DNA of 64,000 bases from Octopus sinensis. Taxonomy: Eukaryota. The stretch covers positions 137,516,001 to 137,580,000 of the forward strand of contig NC_042999.1 in the NCBI RefSeq assembly GCF_006345805.1. Direction: 5' to 3'. This document shows positions 52,076 to 64,000 of the stretch, one piece after another; the first letter of the stretch is position 1; each line of letters opens with the position of its first letter. The position numbers and the translations under genes are program-made. Below the pieces are notes generated by a model. The model was not told the origin of the DNA. It searched no databases and saw only the letters and a program-made list of their open reading frames with translations.

Positions 52076-52585
52076 ATCCATCACCATGTGACAAACACAA
52101 TCAATCCATTCAAATAATCACATATTTATATTAAGACATAGATAATAAAGATGTAGAAATATAAGAATATAAACATAAAAACTATAAGGAGTACCATGAA
52201 AGTAGAAAATATAGCTAGAATAGATTAAAAGAGGTGATTGAAAGGGTCAGTCCAAACCTACGGCCGTTTCAGAAAAATTCAACTCCCTGTATAAAAGATT
52301 TCCTTCCCCAGGGTTCCTTTCTTGTGGCAAAATCCAGTAAGGCACTATATGGTTTTTTTCGGTTGGTTGTTGAGTATCAAATGGATGAATAAGAATAAAA
52401 ATATAAATATGTATATGCGCGTTAGAAACACTGCCAGATAAGACTGGAGCCTGGTGCAGCCTTCTGGCTTCCCAGATCCCTGGTCGAACCGTCCAACCCA
52501 TGCTAGCATGGAGAACGGACGTTAAACGATGATGATGATGATGATGATGATATATATATATATATACACACATATATATATATAT

Positions 52586-53175
52586 ACTAGCAGCTAAGCC
52601 TGGTTTCACCCAGTCAGTTTGGATGATGTGGCTGTAAAACATGCTCTGTGTAAGCATTTGACTTGTTTGAGTACACTTACGTTAAAGAACAATTTTAGAA
52701 TGACTTTTTTCTGTCAAAACGCTAAAAATAACTGACCAACAAAAAAAAAAACCAACCAGGATTCAACCAAATCAAAAAATAAACCCAAATACTAAGCGAA
52801 CAAAGATGAACCATCCTACTTCCATTGCGCACACACACAAAAACACACGCACATTCACATACCCCCCTTTACATACATACACATATACTCACAGAGTTGA
52901 AACGCTGTTTGATTTATTATTTTCAGCATACAATTTTCATAATCCCCCCTACCAAGTATGACATCACCCCTTCCTTTCTTATTCATAAACACAAGAGTAT
53001 TATTATAGTAGATTATCTTGGTAACCATGGGAGCTATGAAAAAAATACAAAGCCCAGCATCACCACCACATCATTCTACACATGTGTGTAATTTTTCACG
53101 CAATTGCACCCAGCCATTTGACCATGAATTCCAAGACAAGAAACAATCGCCCCTGTCAAGTTCATATGTATAGAT
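52586..53175 (+). mobile_element. Helitron-like non-autonomous element
   Basis: Starts tactagcagctaagcctggtttcacccag and ends tcatatgtatagat, within TA-rich flanks. Confidence 0.5.
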
Positions 53176-53336
53176 ATATACTACGTATGTGGAAAATCAG
53201 TGTGTGTTTGTTTGTGGCATTGTTAGCTAACTCCTAAGTGCTATGCAGTGGGACTGAACCTAGAACCATGTGTTTGGGAAACAAGCTTCTTACCACACAG
53301 CCACGCCTACACCTACATATATATATTCATATGTGA

Positions 53337-53394
<58 letters not shown>

Positions 53395-54084
53395 ATGTAT
53401 GTATGTATGTATGTATGTATGTATGTATGTATGTATGTATGTATGTTTGCTTGCTTGAACTCACTGGCTTGCATTGAATTATATATATTCTTTATCTGTT
53501 AACTTTCACTTGTTTCAGTCATATATGTATATGAAAATCTTTTGTTTGGGCATTGATATTCAGTTATGGTGTATTTTACATAAATTAAGGATTTATTGTA
53601 GGGGTAATAACAATAATACCTACAATAATAACAACATTAAATATCTCAACAACCAAATGTAGTTTGGAAATAAATTTTTAAAAAAAACTATTGGCAGAAC
53701 AGAGAGAGGAGGAGGAGGAGGTAAAATAGAAAGATGGAAAACAATAGGAGAGTTCTGTTCAATGGTTTTTTTATATTATTTTGTATTAACTTCCCCCCCC
53801 CCGGCTCCTCGCATTCTTTTTCTCTCTCACTCTCTGTCTCTCTCTCTGTCTCTCACTCTCTCTCTCTGTCATCCTTATTAAAAATTCTGACAAAACAGAG
53901 AAGAATTGAAAATGATGCTGCAAGGTTGTTGTTATTCAGGTCACTTGCTGATTGTAGTGATCATATAGAAATCTTAGGATGACTGTCAGGGTGGGAAGGG
54001 ATAGACAGACAGAGACAGATAGATAAACTGACTGACAGGCAGGCAGGCAAACAGACAGGCAAAAGAAGAGAGACACCAGGAGAT

Positions 54085-54130
<46 letters not shown>

Positions 54131-54839
54131 GGTTTGAACAGAGAAAAGGGGCAAATGAAAATATAGAAAAGAAAAAGAAATAGATAAAAAAACATTGATA
54201 GTTAAATAGATAAATAGAAAAAAAGAGAGGGAAAGAAGCAAGGGGATAGAGAGGAGGAAAGAATGAGAGGAAAGGTAAAATAAAACTGGACCAAAAAAAA
54301 AGTACAAATAAAAAATTAAAAGAGATATAACAAGAGACAGGCAAGTAGACAGTGAAGAATGGATGAGGAAAGGAAGACAGGGCAAAAGAGTGAATGGGGG
54401 AAAATATACTACAGAGCTGTAAATATATGTATGTACAGAATATTATAAAGATAATTTGTATTCATTGCAGATGCTATTGTTGTTATTGTCTAACCCCAGG
54501 TCAATCCTGATCAAGCAGATCAAAGGCATTCCAGGTGGCCATCTTAGGAATACCTAGGGGTACAATAAGTAATGTGTGTCCTTCCCAGGTAAGTTGTGAT
54601 CCATGTGAGATTTAGCTGTTATTTTATGCATGTCAAGTGACTGATGAGTTCATGCCTGCTATGTTTGGTAGTGAGTTATTTAGCTCAGCCCACCCCTACT
54701 GATCAAGGTTAGATCAGATTGTACTGCTTTATGACTGAAGCTATTCCAGCTCTGGCCATCCCATTTTTTATAATTTCAAAGATTATATTGCCCAATTTAT
54801 CTTTATTGTTGTTGTTGTTGTTGTTAGCAGCAACAACAA

Positions 54840-57110
54840 TAATAGTAAAATAATAATGAGCTTATTGTATTCAGTGTTCTGATTCAATAGGACTTGTCAG
54901 AAAAGGTTAAAAGAAGGGACAGAAAGCAGCCATACGTCAAAGAAAGACAGTAATGAAAGCTAGAAGTACATGCACAGTACACGGAATAAAATAGAAAAAA
55001 GTGAACATTAAAAGTGTCATAAATTGAGGAAAGGATATTTAGGCATGTCAGCAGCAGTGTTGGTGAATTTTGGGAAGCATAACATTTTTAAAGAACGCAG
55101 TGCCCTGACAGCTAACAACTGACATGGATAGTTTACTCCATGCTTGACAATTCTGAGCATGAATAAATATGTTTCCAAATGTCACGGTTGCTGCACTGTT
55201 TTTTGATTTTATAAGCATGTCCACAAGTGATAGAGGTGTTGAATTCAAAGAGGTCACCAAAGTTGTTTTCAGAAAGATGGTGAATAATCTTATGGGCTTC
55301 TACCATGTCAGCTGCTAGGCATCAAAACTTCAGTGTGTCAAAACTGAGAGAAGCAATACATTCAAGATATGGTAAGTGGTTGATAGAGAGTATTTGTCTG
55401 GTTGCGCATCTCTGAGCAGCTTCTAGTAGATTGATATTCCGGACAAGATAGGAGCTTCAGACTGAGATTCAAACTGTAAGTGTTCACATGCCATAACCAT
55501 ATATAGTTTTAAATAGATAACAGGTGAGTGGCTGACAAAGATCAAATTGAGTGATGCTAAAACACCTTAAGCCATTTTAATGATTTTAGAAATGTGGTTT
55601 GTCTAATGCAGATCATTCATTGTTAATGATAATGCCGAGGTCACATTCACCAGCAAACTTCTTAAGGTTAGTGTTATGAAGGTAGCAGCAAATTCTAGGT
55701 TTAAGCTCCCAAAATGTATAGTGTTATACTTGTCTTCAGCCAGCTTGAATTGCCAGTCAGCAATCAATTGCTGCATTGTGCTCAGGTCAGATTGCAGCCA
55801 AGACCTGTACTCCATTCCTTTTATCTCAAGGTACAGCTTAATACTGTCTACATAGTTTAACATAGTAATATGCTTCAAACTGACATTTATTTCATTTATG
55901 TATGCAACAAATAACAGGAATTCAAGGAGAGATCCCTGTAGGACACTAGATGTTATATAAAGCATAGAATATTGTCCTTGTACTGTGACTACCTCTTTTC
56001 AACCAAGAATAAAGGACTTCAACTAGTTATAAAGATTAGTTTTCATGCCTATTGCAGAGATCTTTGCCATAAGTCGTTTGTGTGAACAGGATTAAAGGCT
56101 CTGGTAAAGTTGAGATAGATAACATCCACCTATGAGTTGCCAGCAGTGATTTAAGTGATGTCTTTAAGAAATTTGATGAGTTGGTCTCAGCAGCTGAAGT
56201 TAGACATAAATTCAAATTGTAGGGTCAAATAAGATTATGAGAGTTCCCGAATTCCCAGAGTGTCTTACTAATACAAGGACTCCATTTGGCAATACAGCTT
56301 GTGAGACTGACTGGACAGTAACTGACAAATGATATGGAGTCACCTATTTTGAATGGAGGATTGATACTGGCAATTTTCCTCTGTTATAGAATAACATAGT
56401 AAATAAGGAAGAATTAGCAAACTAGCAAAGCTGATGCAGTAGAAAGAACCTGCTGCATTTAAGAAGCAGAAAAGTTAAACTATCAAGACCACAGGATGCA
56501 TAGTTGCACATATTCTTGAGGTAGCATCACAGCATTGCAAGAGTAGATTCAACATGTTATGAAATTTGGTGTCAGTAGCAGTAAAGATGGTACAACTGGA
56601 TGGATTTTTAACAGTAAAAATGCTAGCAAGGCATTTGGCAATAAGTTCTGTGCACTCTTTAGGATCATCTGACACATGTGGGGATTGTAAAAATGACTGA
56701 CTGGAAAGTGAGGCCTCTTTCAAACTTATATTTTGAAAACATTTGGACTATCCAGGTTGGTGGCTATGTGTTGTTCAAATTTAAGTACTGCCTTTTTAGT
56801 CACCTGCTTGTTATAACTAGATACATTGTTGTACCTTCTATTATCCTTTGTCTGGTTCTGTGTAATCTGAATTCACTTTCAGTATCCCATCATTCATTCC
56901 TGGCAAGGTGGAATGTTGCCATATCCCATATTGCACTTTTAGGGTTTCTAATGTGTTTAGTGGTACTGATGCTTCACATGTGGCCATTGAATTAAAGATG
57001 TGCTGAAGGTTGATATTGACATCTTCAGAATCATAGAAAGCAAGCCAATTTGGACATTGTAGGAGTTCCAGTCAGCTTTATTCCAGTCAAAGTGGGAAGT
57101 TTGGAGGTAG
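54840..57110 (-). mobile_element. CR1-like LINE relic (RT domain)
   Basis: FDWNKADWN...SSVLQGSLLEFLLFVAYINEI...MLNYVDSIKLY...LQSDL...DWQFKL matches SGVPQGSVLGPLLF..YINDL...YADDTKL...LQ.DL...W. Confidence 0.88.
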
Positions 57111-58245
57111 TGGTGGCTTTTGATAGAAGGTTTTAGTTTAAATCACTACAAAACTGGAAGTTTGTATCATAGAACTAGGAGGAAGTCTCAGGCAGGTTGG
57201 TATCAAAGCAGTTAATAATAATGTACTGAAGTTAATCCTATCAAAAATACCATTCTTTTAAACCAATTACTTTATCAATAGATATAACCATATCTATAAA
57301 AAAACAAAATCCAACTAAATTCAAAATTACTGAAATTGTTTTCTATTTTAATGCTTTTTTAGTTTTGTAAAGAAATATATCCCGTACTTATTTTCACATC
57401 AAATGTGTCAGATTAAAGCGATAGGATTATAAAGAATTACAATTGCAGAACATTCCTGTTGAAGACTCATTACAGAACAATAACTATATTAAACAATTAT
57501 GGCAGTTTCCATGGCAGGAACTTTGTGATTTTAAAGGAGAATTTTGAATGTTGCTTTCACTCTTCTTTTGCAAACCAAACTAGAATGAGCCTGAGTCATC
57601 TGCAATGCAATCAATTAACTCGTTTAATAATGTTGTATGCATGTGTTGAAGGACGAGTAATTCTTCAGAAACCAGTCACTTGGGAGTGTTAATACAAATT
57701 TTTTTTCATACAGAGAACTAAAAATAAAAAAAAAGAAAGAAAGAAAACAGAAACACAGAAGTAGAATCTTTTTCACAAATTTTCCACCATGTTTTAATAA
57801 AAAGAGGGAGAAGAAACTGATGAATAAATAGAAATAATTTTTGCTGTGAAATAAAGTCTTGAAATATGAGAAGCTAAATAAATAGAGTAAGAAATGTAAA
57901 GGTATGAGTCATCTTCATGACTTTGCGAAATATTGCTTAATAATTATTCATGGGACAATTTGAAATTATGTACACTAATTGAATCAAGAGAGGACAACAT
58001 TCTTGTCATTTCTCATGAAACAATATGAAGAGAAGACATTTCACACCAAATTTACGTTTTTAGAAATGTATCGTCATTCTTTAAAATTTCTTTCAATATT
58101 GACAGCCTGTTAGGGCAAAATGTTTATTGTAAAAGATAGACATCATTTTAATGACTGTTTCAAATAGAAAGTATTAAAAATACCTCCTTTGGCAGAAAGT
58201 CTAAGCTTACAGAAATGTTTTGTTTGAATATTTTCTTGTTTTCAG

Positions 58246-58351
58246 ATATATATATCTAGTGACAGAACAAAGTGGAGTATCTTTCAAATTTAATGATAAA
58301 TGAGAGTTTTTGGAATTATTGGAAAGGGCTGATTAAAATGTATCAATTCAT
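58246..58351 (+). other. Candidate exon (5' UTR plus possible start codon)
   Basis: Acceptor ttttcttgttttcAG and donor AT|GTGAGT. An internal ATG opens MINESFWNYWKGLIKMYQF up to the donor. Confidence 0.35.
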
Positions 58352-59235
58352 GTGAGTGCTCTGACAACAGTAATAATGAGAACTGTAATGGCAGCAATGA
58401 TAACCACTACCACCACCAACTACCACAACAAACAACCCAAATAATGATTTCTTACTTAGTCAAATAACAGCAGCAGAAGCAGCAATAACTTCCTTAAATT
58501 TAATAAGTTTTTTTTAAAGTTGTCATTATTAGTTTATTGCCAAAATAAATAATAAGAAACAAGCACCTTGTGAGATAATTCTGGGATCTAGTTTCAATTC
58601 TTGTTTAAAATCACTTCATTTATATTACTAATAGCCTTAACAAAAACAAGATTCTCACAAAAACAAGTTTTCTTTTGTTATAAATATGTAGCCTTTATGC
58701 CTTGTCAAAAGTTGTTACTTAAAAGAAGTTCATCTACATAATATTATATAACATAATATAAATACATTATTTATATAATATATGATATAATATAATATAA
58801 TATAATATAACATAATATAAATATATAATTTATATAATTTACATAATATAATTTATATAATATAGCATAATATCAATACATAATTTTTATAATATATATC
58901 AACACCATTTTTATATTTGTTTTTCCATGTTGGCATGAGTTGTACAACTTTAACAACATCTCACTGTGTATTGTGATGCTTCATCATTTAACACACTCAG
59001 AAACCAGTCAACTTTGTTGTTGGTGTGTCATGTTTTTTTTCTTGTTCTGTGTGCATGCATGTGTGCATATGTCCCCTTATTCTACTATCATGTGATAATT
59101 GTAAACAAGCACATATTTCTAATCTTCTGGGAAAATAACAAGTCTGATTATGAGGAAATATTACTTTGCTTTGAAATAGGTGAGGGTTTGCATCAAGAAG
59201 AGCATCTGGCTGGAGAAAATCTGCCACAAAGAATT

Positions 59236-59446
59236 CATCATCATCATCATTTAACGTCCGCTTTCCATGCTAGCATGGGTTGGACGATTTGACTGAGGTC
59301 TGGTGAACCAGATGGCTGCACCAGACTCCAATCTGATCTGGCAGAGTTTCTACAGCTGGATGCCCTTCCTAATGCCAACCACTCTGAGAGTGTAGTGGGT
59401 GCTTTTACTTGCCACCGGCACAAAGGTCAGTCAGGCAGTACTGGCT
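59236..59446 (-). mobile_element. RTE 3' tail copy
   Basis: (CAT)n ttaacgtccgctttccatgctagcatgggttgg...ggatgcccttcctaatgccaacc. Confidence 0.88.
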
Positions 59447-59699
59447 ATCAGATTAATGCAAACTCCGAAAAATAGATGTTGAAATGTGTATGCATGCATG
59501 AATGAATGCATACATACATACATTTACATGTTTTTATTCATCTATATTTCACTGAATCACCAAATTACCTTTTTAACATAAACACTGGTTTTCACAGCTA
59601 AACATATACGTATATACATATACATATATACATATGCTAATAACATATTTTCAAAAGGAACAGGGAAACAAATGTCAGATAAGTTTAATTAAATACAAC

Positions 59700-60200
59700 T
59701 ATTTATTGATAATGTGTTCACTATCAATATCAATGATTGCACACCGACAGTAAGTTAACTTTTTGAATCCTGTTTAAAAATTCTCTGAAAAATATTTTAC
59801 ATACTGTTTTCCATATCTTCTTTGTGTCTGAATAATCTGCCACTTATGGAATGTTCTAGCAATCAAAACATGTAATAATCAGTAAGCACCAAATCTGAAG
59901 TTATGATAGAACTTACCATTCTAACAATCTCATCTTTTCCTGGTTCATTTTGCAGAGCCCTCACATTTTCTGTTTACCAAAGCTGGTCACTTTTGATGTA
60001 ATGCTTCATTTACATGATCAAATTATTGGCAATAGATTTCAGCAGTAATGTCTTTTTCCATTTCAGTATCTTAGAATAAACAGCCAGATAATGTTCCATC
60101 AGATGCATAATAAAGACTTCAGTGGATGATAAACTAGGTGTAGACATCAAAGAAAGAAATAACTATTGTCACTTTAATAGTATTACAACCATGACTGCAG
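59700..60200 (-). mobile_element. Old mariner transposase relic
   Basis: ITAEIYCQ*FDHVNEALHQK*PALVNRK...SDLVLTDYYMF, matching the SPDLAP.DY motif. Confidence 0.75.
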
Positions 60201-60884
60201 CTAAGCCATTTTCAATTTCTTTCAAAGAATCTCCAGTCTCCAAATATCTGATGAGATGGACAAGTTCTACATCCCCCTGCAGACTTTAAATGAGCCAAAC
60301 TGTTATTAAATACATGTAACACCAACCAAATGTGTTCAACACTACTTCCTTTCATTTGTTCCCTCACTTGTGTGTGTGTGTGTGCGCACATACCTTTTAT
60401 TCTTTTACTTGTTTCAGTCATTAGACTGTGGCCACACTGGGACACCACCTTGAACTGGCCACAGTACTTATTTCTTTTAAGTCTGGTACTTATTCTGTTG
60501 GTATTTTTACTGAAATGCTAAGTTAAGGGAACATAAACACATTGACACCAATTGACAAGCAGTAGTGGGGGACAAATGCAGACAGAAAGAAACACACACA
60601 CAGTTTCTATCTATCGAATCTACTCACAAGGCTTTGTTTGGCCCAAGGCTATAGTAGAAGACACTTGCCCAAGGTGGCATACATTGGGACTGAAACTGGA
60701 AACATGTGGGTGGAAAGCAAACTTCTTACCACACAGCCAGGCTTACACCTATGTCTATAGGATATCCAGGTTGAATTTGATGATTTTTTTAAAGTCTCCT
60801 TTTTTTTCAGGAATAGCTTCATGTATTGGTGAACAGTTAATGGCATTGGAGAGCATAAAGATTAAAGTTGTAGTTGAAAAAGTT

Positions 60885-61410
60885 AGCTGTCATAGAGGAC
60901 CAGAGGCCATCTGAATATTGTAAAAGCATTACCCATATCATGGTGATTAATGCAGGGTATCAAAATGCCATCATGACTGCTGCCCAATGCTCTACGGACA
61001 CCGTAAAGACTGCAAGATATGACATGGGCAACTGCAACATAGACTATGAAGCCATAGCCAACAGGAAAGGACACAGTAGGCATTATGACTATGTCTGCAC
61101 ACTAGAATTCATCCAACAACTGCAGGAATAGGGCCTTAACTCAATTCAGACAGTTATGTGAAGCTGCTGGAGACTATGGTGAATCCCTGACTAAAGAGGG
61201 TTGCTGTTGGAAAGCCATATGTGTGACAGCAGGATTCAACCCCTAACTATATTTCTGGAAAAAGTTAGAAATGGTTGTTAGAGAATTTTTATGACCTCAC
61301 TAACCCCAATTTTTGGCCTCCTAACTCCCCCAATTGTAATCCCATGGATTTATGTGTGGGATGCAGTTGAGAAAGACACCAACTACTCTGCTTGCAACAG
61401 CAAAATAAAC
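60885..61410 (+). mobile_element. Tc1/mariner-superfamily (maT/DD37D-like) transposase relic with an internal deletion
   Basis: HTH-like IMTAAQCSTDTVK, then PYV*QQDSTP...WLLENFYDLTNPNFWPPNSPNCNPMD, matching QQDSAP and WPPNSPDCNP.D. Confidence 0.8.
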
Positions 61411-61477
61411 TACAATTTTTGGACCAGTATAATCTTAAATATGGACAAAAATGTGCTAATATATCTACACACACAGA

Positions 61478-62630
61478 TATTGGGTCATCCCATAAATATT
61501 TTTTTATTTTTCAAAATTAAGATAAACAAAGTTCTTTTTTAATTGAAAATATACCCTCCTCCATTTTCTACAATGCTCTTCTATCTATCTGGTAGACTTG
61601 CAAGGTCCCTCTTCCAAAATTCACTTGACCATGATGGAAAATACTGTTCTGACCTCATCTACAGAATTCATATTTTTACTGTCCAAATGATTTTGAAAAC
61701 TGTGGAATAAATGATAATCAGATGGGGCAATGTCCAGTGAATATGGTGGGTGGGGCATCGTTTCTCATTCAAACTACTCCAGCCTTTGGAATGTCATCCT
61801 CACCGTATGTGGCTGAGCATTATCCTGATGGAAAAACACCTTTCGTCTTGAAACCAAAGATGGTTGTTTTGCTTCTACAGCTGACTTAAGCCATTCAAGC
61901 TACTCACATTAGATCCCCTTTATTATCATTTGGTTTGGGTTTAAAAGTTCAAAGTGGACTAAACCTTTCATATCCCACCAAACAGACAACAACATTTTAC
62001 ATGGATGATGACCTTCTTTAACCTGGGGTGCTGGTGTTTCTCCTTTCCCTACCCACTATCTTCAGCACTTGACATTTTTAAAGAGAACCCATTTCTTGTC
62101 ACCAGTCACTATTTGGTCAAAAAAAAAGGTTCATTCAGGAGACATGACAGCAAAGAAGAGCACACATTCACTCTCTGCATGTGATTAGACTCCAAAAGTT
62201 TGTGAAGAACCCATTGACTCAATTTACCAACTTTTCTGATGGCACACAGGTATTGATGAATGGTTGAATGACCAAATCCATGCTACTCTGATAGTTATGA
62301 TGGGATTTTGTTCCATCAGGGTGTGTAGGACATCCTTGTCAAGCTCTACAAATCTTTCAGGGCGAGGCTTGTCTTCTAAGCTGTAGTTTCTGGCTCAGAA
62401 TTTCTGGAACCATTGTTGACACTGGCTTACACTTATTGTCTGATTCCCATATACTGCATTAATATTCCCTGCACTTTCCATTGTGTTGTTGCCTTTATTG
62501 AATTCATAAAGCAAAATATACCAAATATGCTCCTTTGTCACTTCCATTACAGTTTTGAAAAAAAAAACTGTTAAAATTGAACTGCATTCTTCAAAACTTG
62601 CACTAGGAATAAAGACAAGGTAAAATTACA
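61478..62630 (-). mobile_element. Near full-length mariner element with a pseudogenised transposase (about 62547 to 61539)
   Basis: MEVTKEHIWYILLYEFNKG...WFQKF...LEDKPR...WVLHKL...VTGDKKW...HQDNAQPH...HPPYSLDIAPSDYHL...GGYIFN*. TIR-like tattgggtcatcccataa at 61478. Confidence 0.92.
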
Positions 62631-63156
62631 ACCTGCTTTTATAGCAAGTTGATGCAGGTAGTTTAAACTGAAAGAAGCCTGTCGTAGATATGTATATATG
62701 TATGTGTATGTATATTGTCGGTAGACACAAATTGTCTGCTATAGATGCTGGAACTGCCAGATCACATGATTTTGAACTACCCAGTCTCTTCAGTGGCAGA
62801 CATCCAGTAGTAACATGTATGTATGTCAGTGGCAGACATCCAGTATGTATGTATGTATGAGAGGGAGAGAGAGGGAGTAAATAGGTATGTAGATAGGTCA
62901 TGTAGCCTTATCATTAAGAAGGTACACCTTTACAACTACAGTTTTCTGGGTTTGATCAAGCTATACAGCACTTGAACAAATATTTTCAATTTATTTCAAA
63001 CCTAAATTAGCATATTCTGATGAAAGATTTTAATTTAGATCCCTTTAAAACATGAAGTTTGCATTATAGATCCAGTGGTTGTTTGGTATTAAAAGAGTTA
63101 AATTGAAAATATTTATGTAACAATACAAGGAAAATCATATAATCTTCTGCATCATA

Positions 63157-63530
63157 TTAATACCTCTGCCTTAGCAAAGGCAGAGGTTATTGTTTCAGTC
63201 GTGTTTGTTTATTTGTTTGTTTGTCCGTGGACAAGACATCTCAAGAACCACTGAATGGATTCGGATGAAACTTTCACGGATGTTTGGCCTCATAATTCGC
63301 ATGAACTGATTAGATTTTTGGATCGATCTGGTACCGGACAAGGATTCTGGATTATTTTTCCTGCTTTTCTTTTTTACTTAATTTTTAAGAGTGATCGGGT
63401 TCATTTTTAGTATTTTTGTTTGTGAGAGCAGTCAAGCTTATTTCAGATATACTCATTTTAAAAATCATCTCTGGCTAATCATTGAGAGGACATTGATGTT
63501 GCCTTAGTAGAGGTTTGCACTCTCTGAGTT
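63157..63530 (+). mobile_element. Helentron-associated (HINE/DINE-1/Pearl-like) element
   Basis: 5' hairpin acctctgcctt-agca-aaggcagaggt, (GTTT)n tract, and 3' subterminal repeat gccttagtagaggtttgcactctctgagt. Confidence 0.7.
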
Positions 63531-64000
63531 GCCAACACCTAGTCCAAACAGCTGCAAGTCAATGAATGTAGGAAAAACATGGGTGAGAAGAGAACCAGAG
63601 GTCTGATCTAAATACTTGCACCCAATGTATCTATTTTTAATCCCTATATATCCAGAACTCTAAATAGCATGCCAACACACATCTAAACTTAAATGTTCTT
63701 CTTGATCTTTTCTTCTTAGAGCTTTTCCATTAAATATATGACATGTTGCAGTCACACATTTTTCACTTATGAATCTTCAATATCCTATCTTTTACCCAGC
63801 TTTTTCTTACATGTAGAGATGATTGATGAAGTGGGTTTGTGAAAGGGGAAGTGGGTTGGGAAGAAGAGAGGGACACAGAGAGAGAGAGAGAGAGAGAGCG
63901 TGTGAGTGAGAGAGAGAGAGAGAGAGAAAGGAAAATATAAAAGACAAAGGTAGAAAGAGTTGGAGGTTAGGAGAGTTAAATCAATTAAGGCTGTTAAAAG

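Larger units (their letters stand above)
50661..52110 (-). mobile_element. Mariner (DD34D-type) transposon relic with two nested retroelements
   Basis: IDCVCHMVMD...INQIANTNSISHERVENILNNELGMMKISAQWMP...EDESWLHHFEPETKRQ...GHTINEKCYA...GFELVDHPP. TIR-like tacaagaatcaactgaaaagttc at 50661. Confidence 0.9.

Overview
AT-rich, repeat-saturated eukaryotic DNA. The SINE, LINE-tail and microsatellite repertoire resembles coleoid cephalopod (probably Octopus) genomic sequence; this is inferred from pattern recall, not a database search. No intact protein-coding gene is evident, and most ORFs in the track are microsatellite or repeat artefacts. Recognisable content: a decayed, intron-less TIM22 copy (~18.9-19.2 kb); several RTE-clade LINE fragments with many 3'-tail copies; a CR1-like LINE relic; an R4/Dong-like restriction-like-endonuclease retrotransposon inside an (ACAT)n tract; Gypsy integrase, hAT and four Tc1/mariner relics; TTAA-flanked MITEs; Helitron/Helentron-like elements; and tRNA-derived SINE families. 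Most notable: a ~35-bp-period array of RFX X-box-like palindromes (34.9-35.6 kb) interrupted by an insert with a hammerhead-like core, a decayed RING-H2-like ORF with a recent near-identical partial duplicate, several isolated exon-like segments of an unidentified gene or lncRNA, and well-preserved nested-insertion and empty-site records. Boundaries of degraded elements are approximate.
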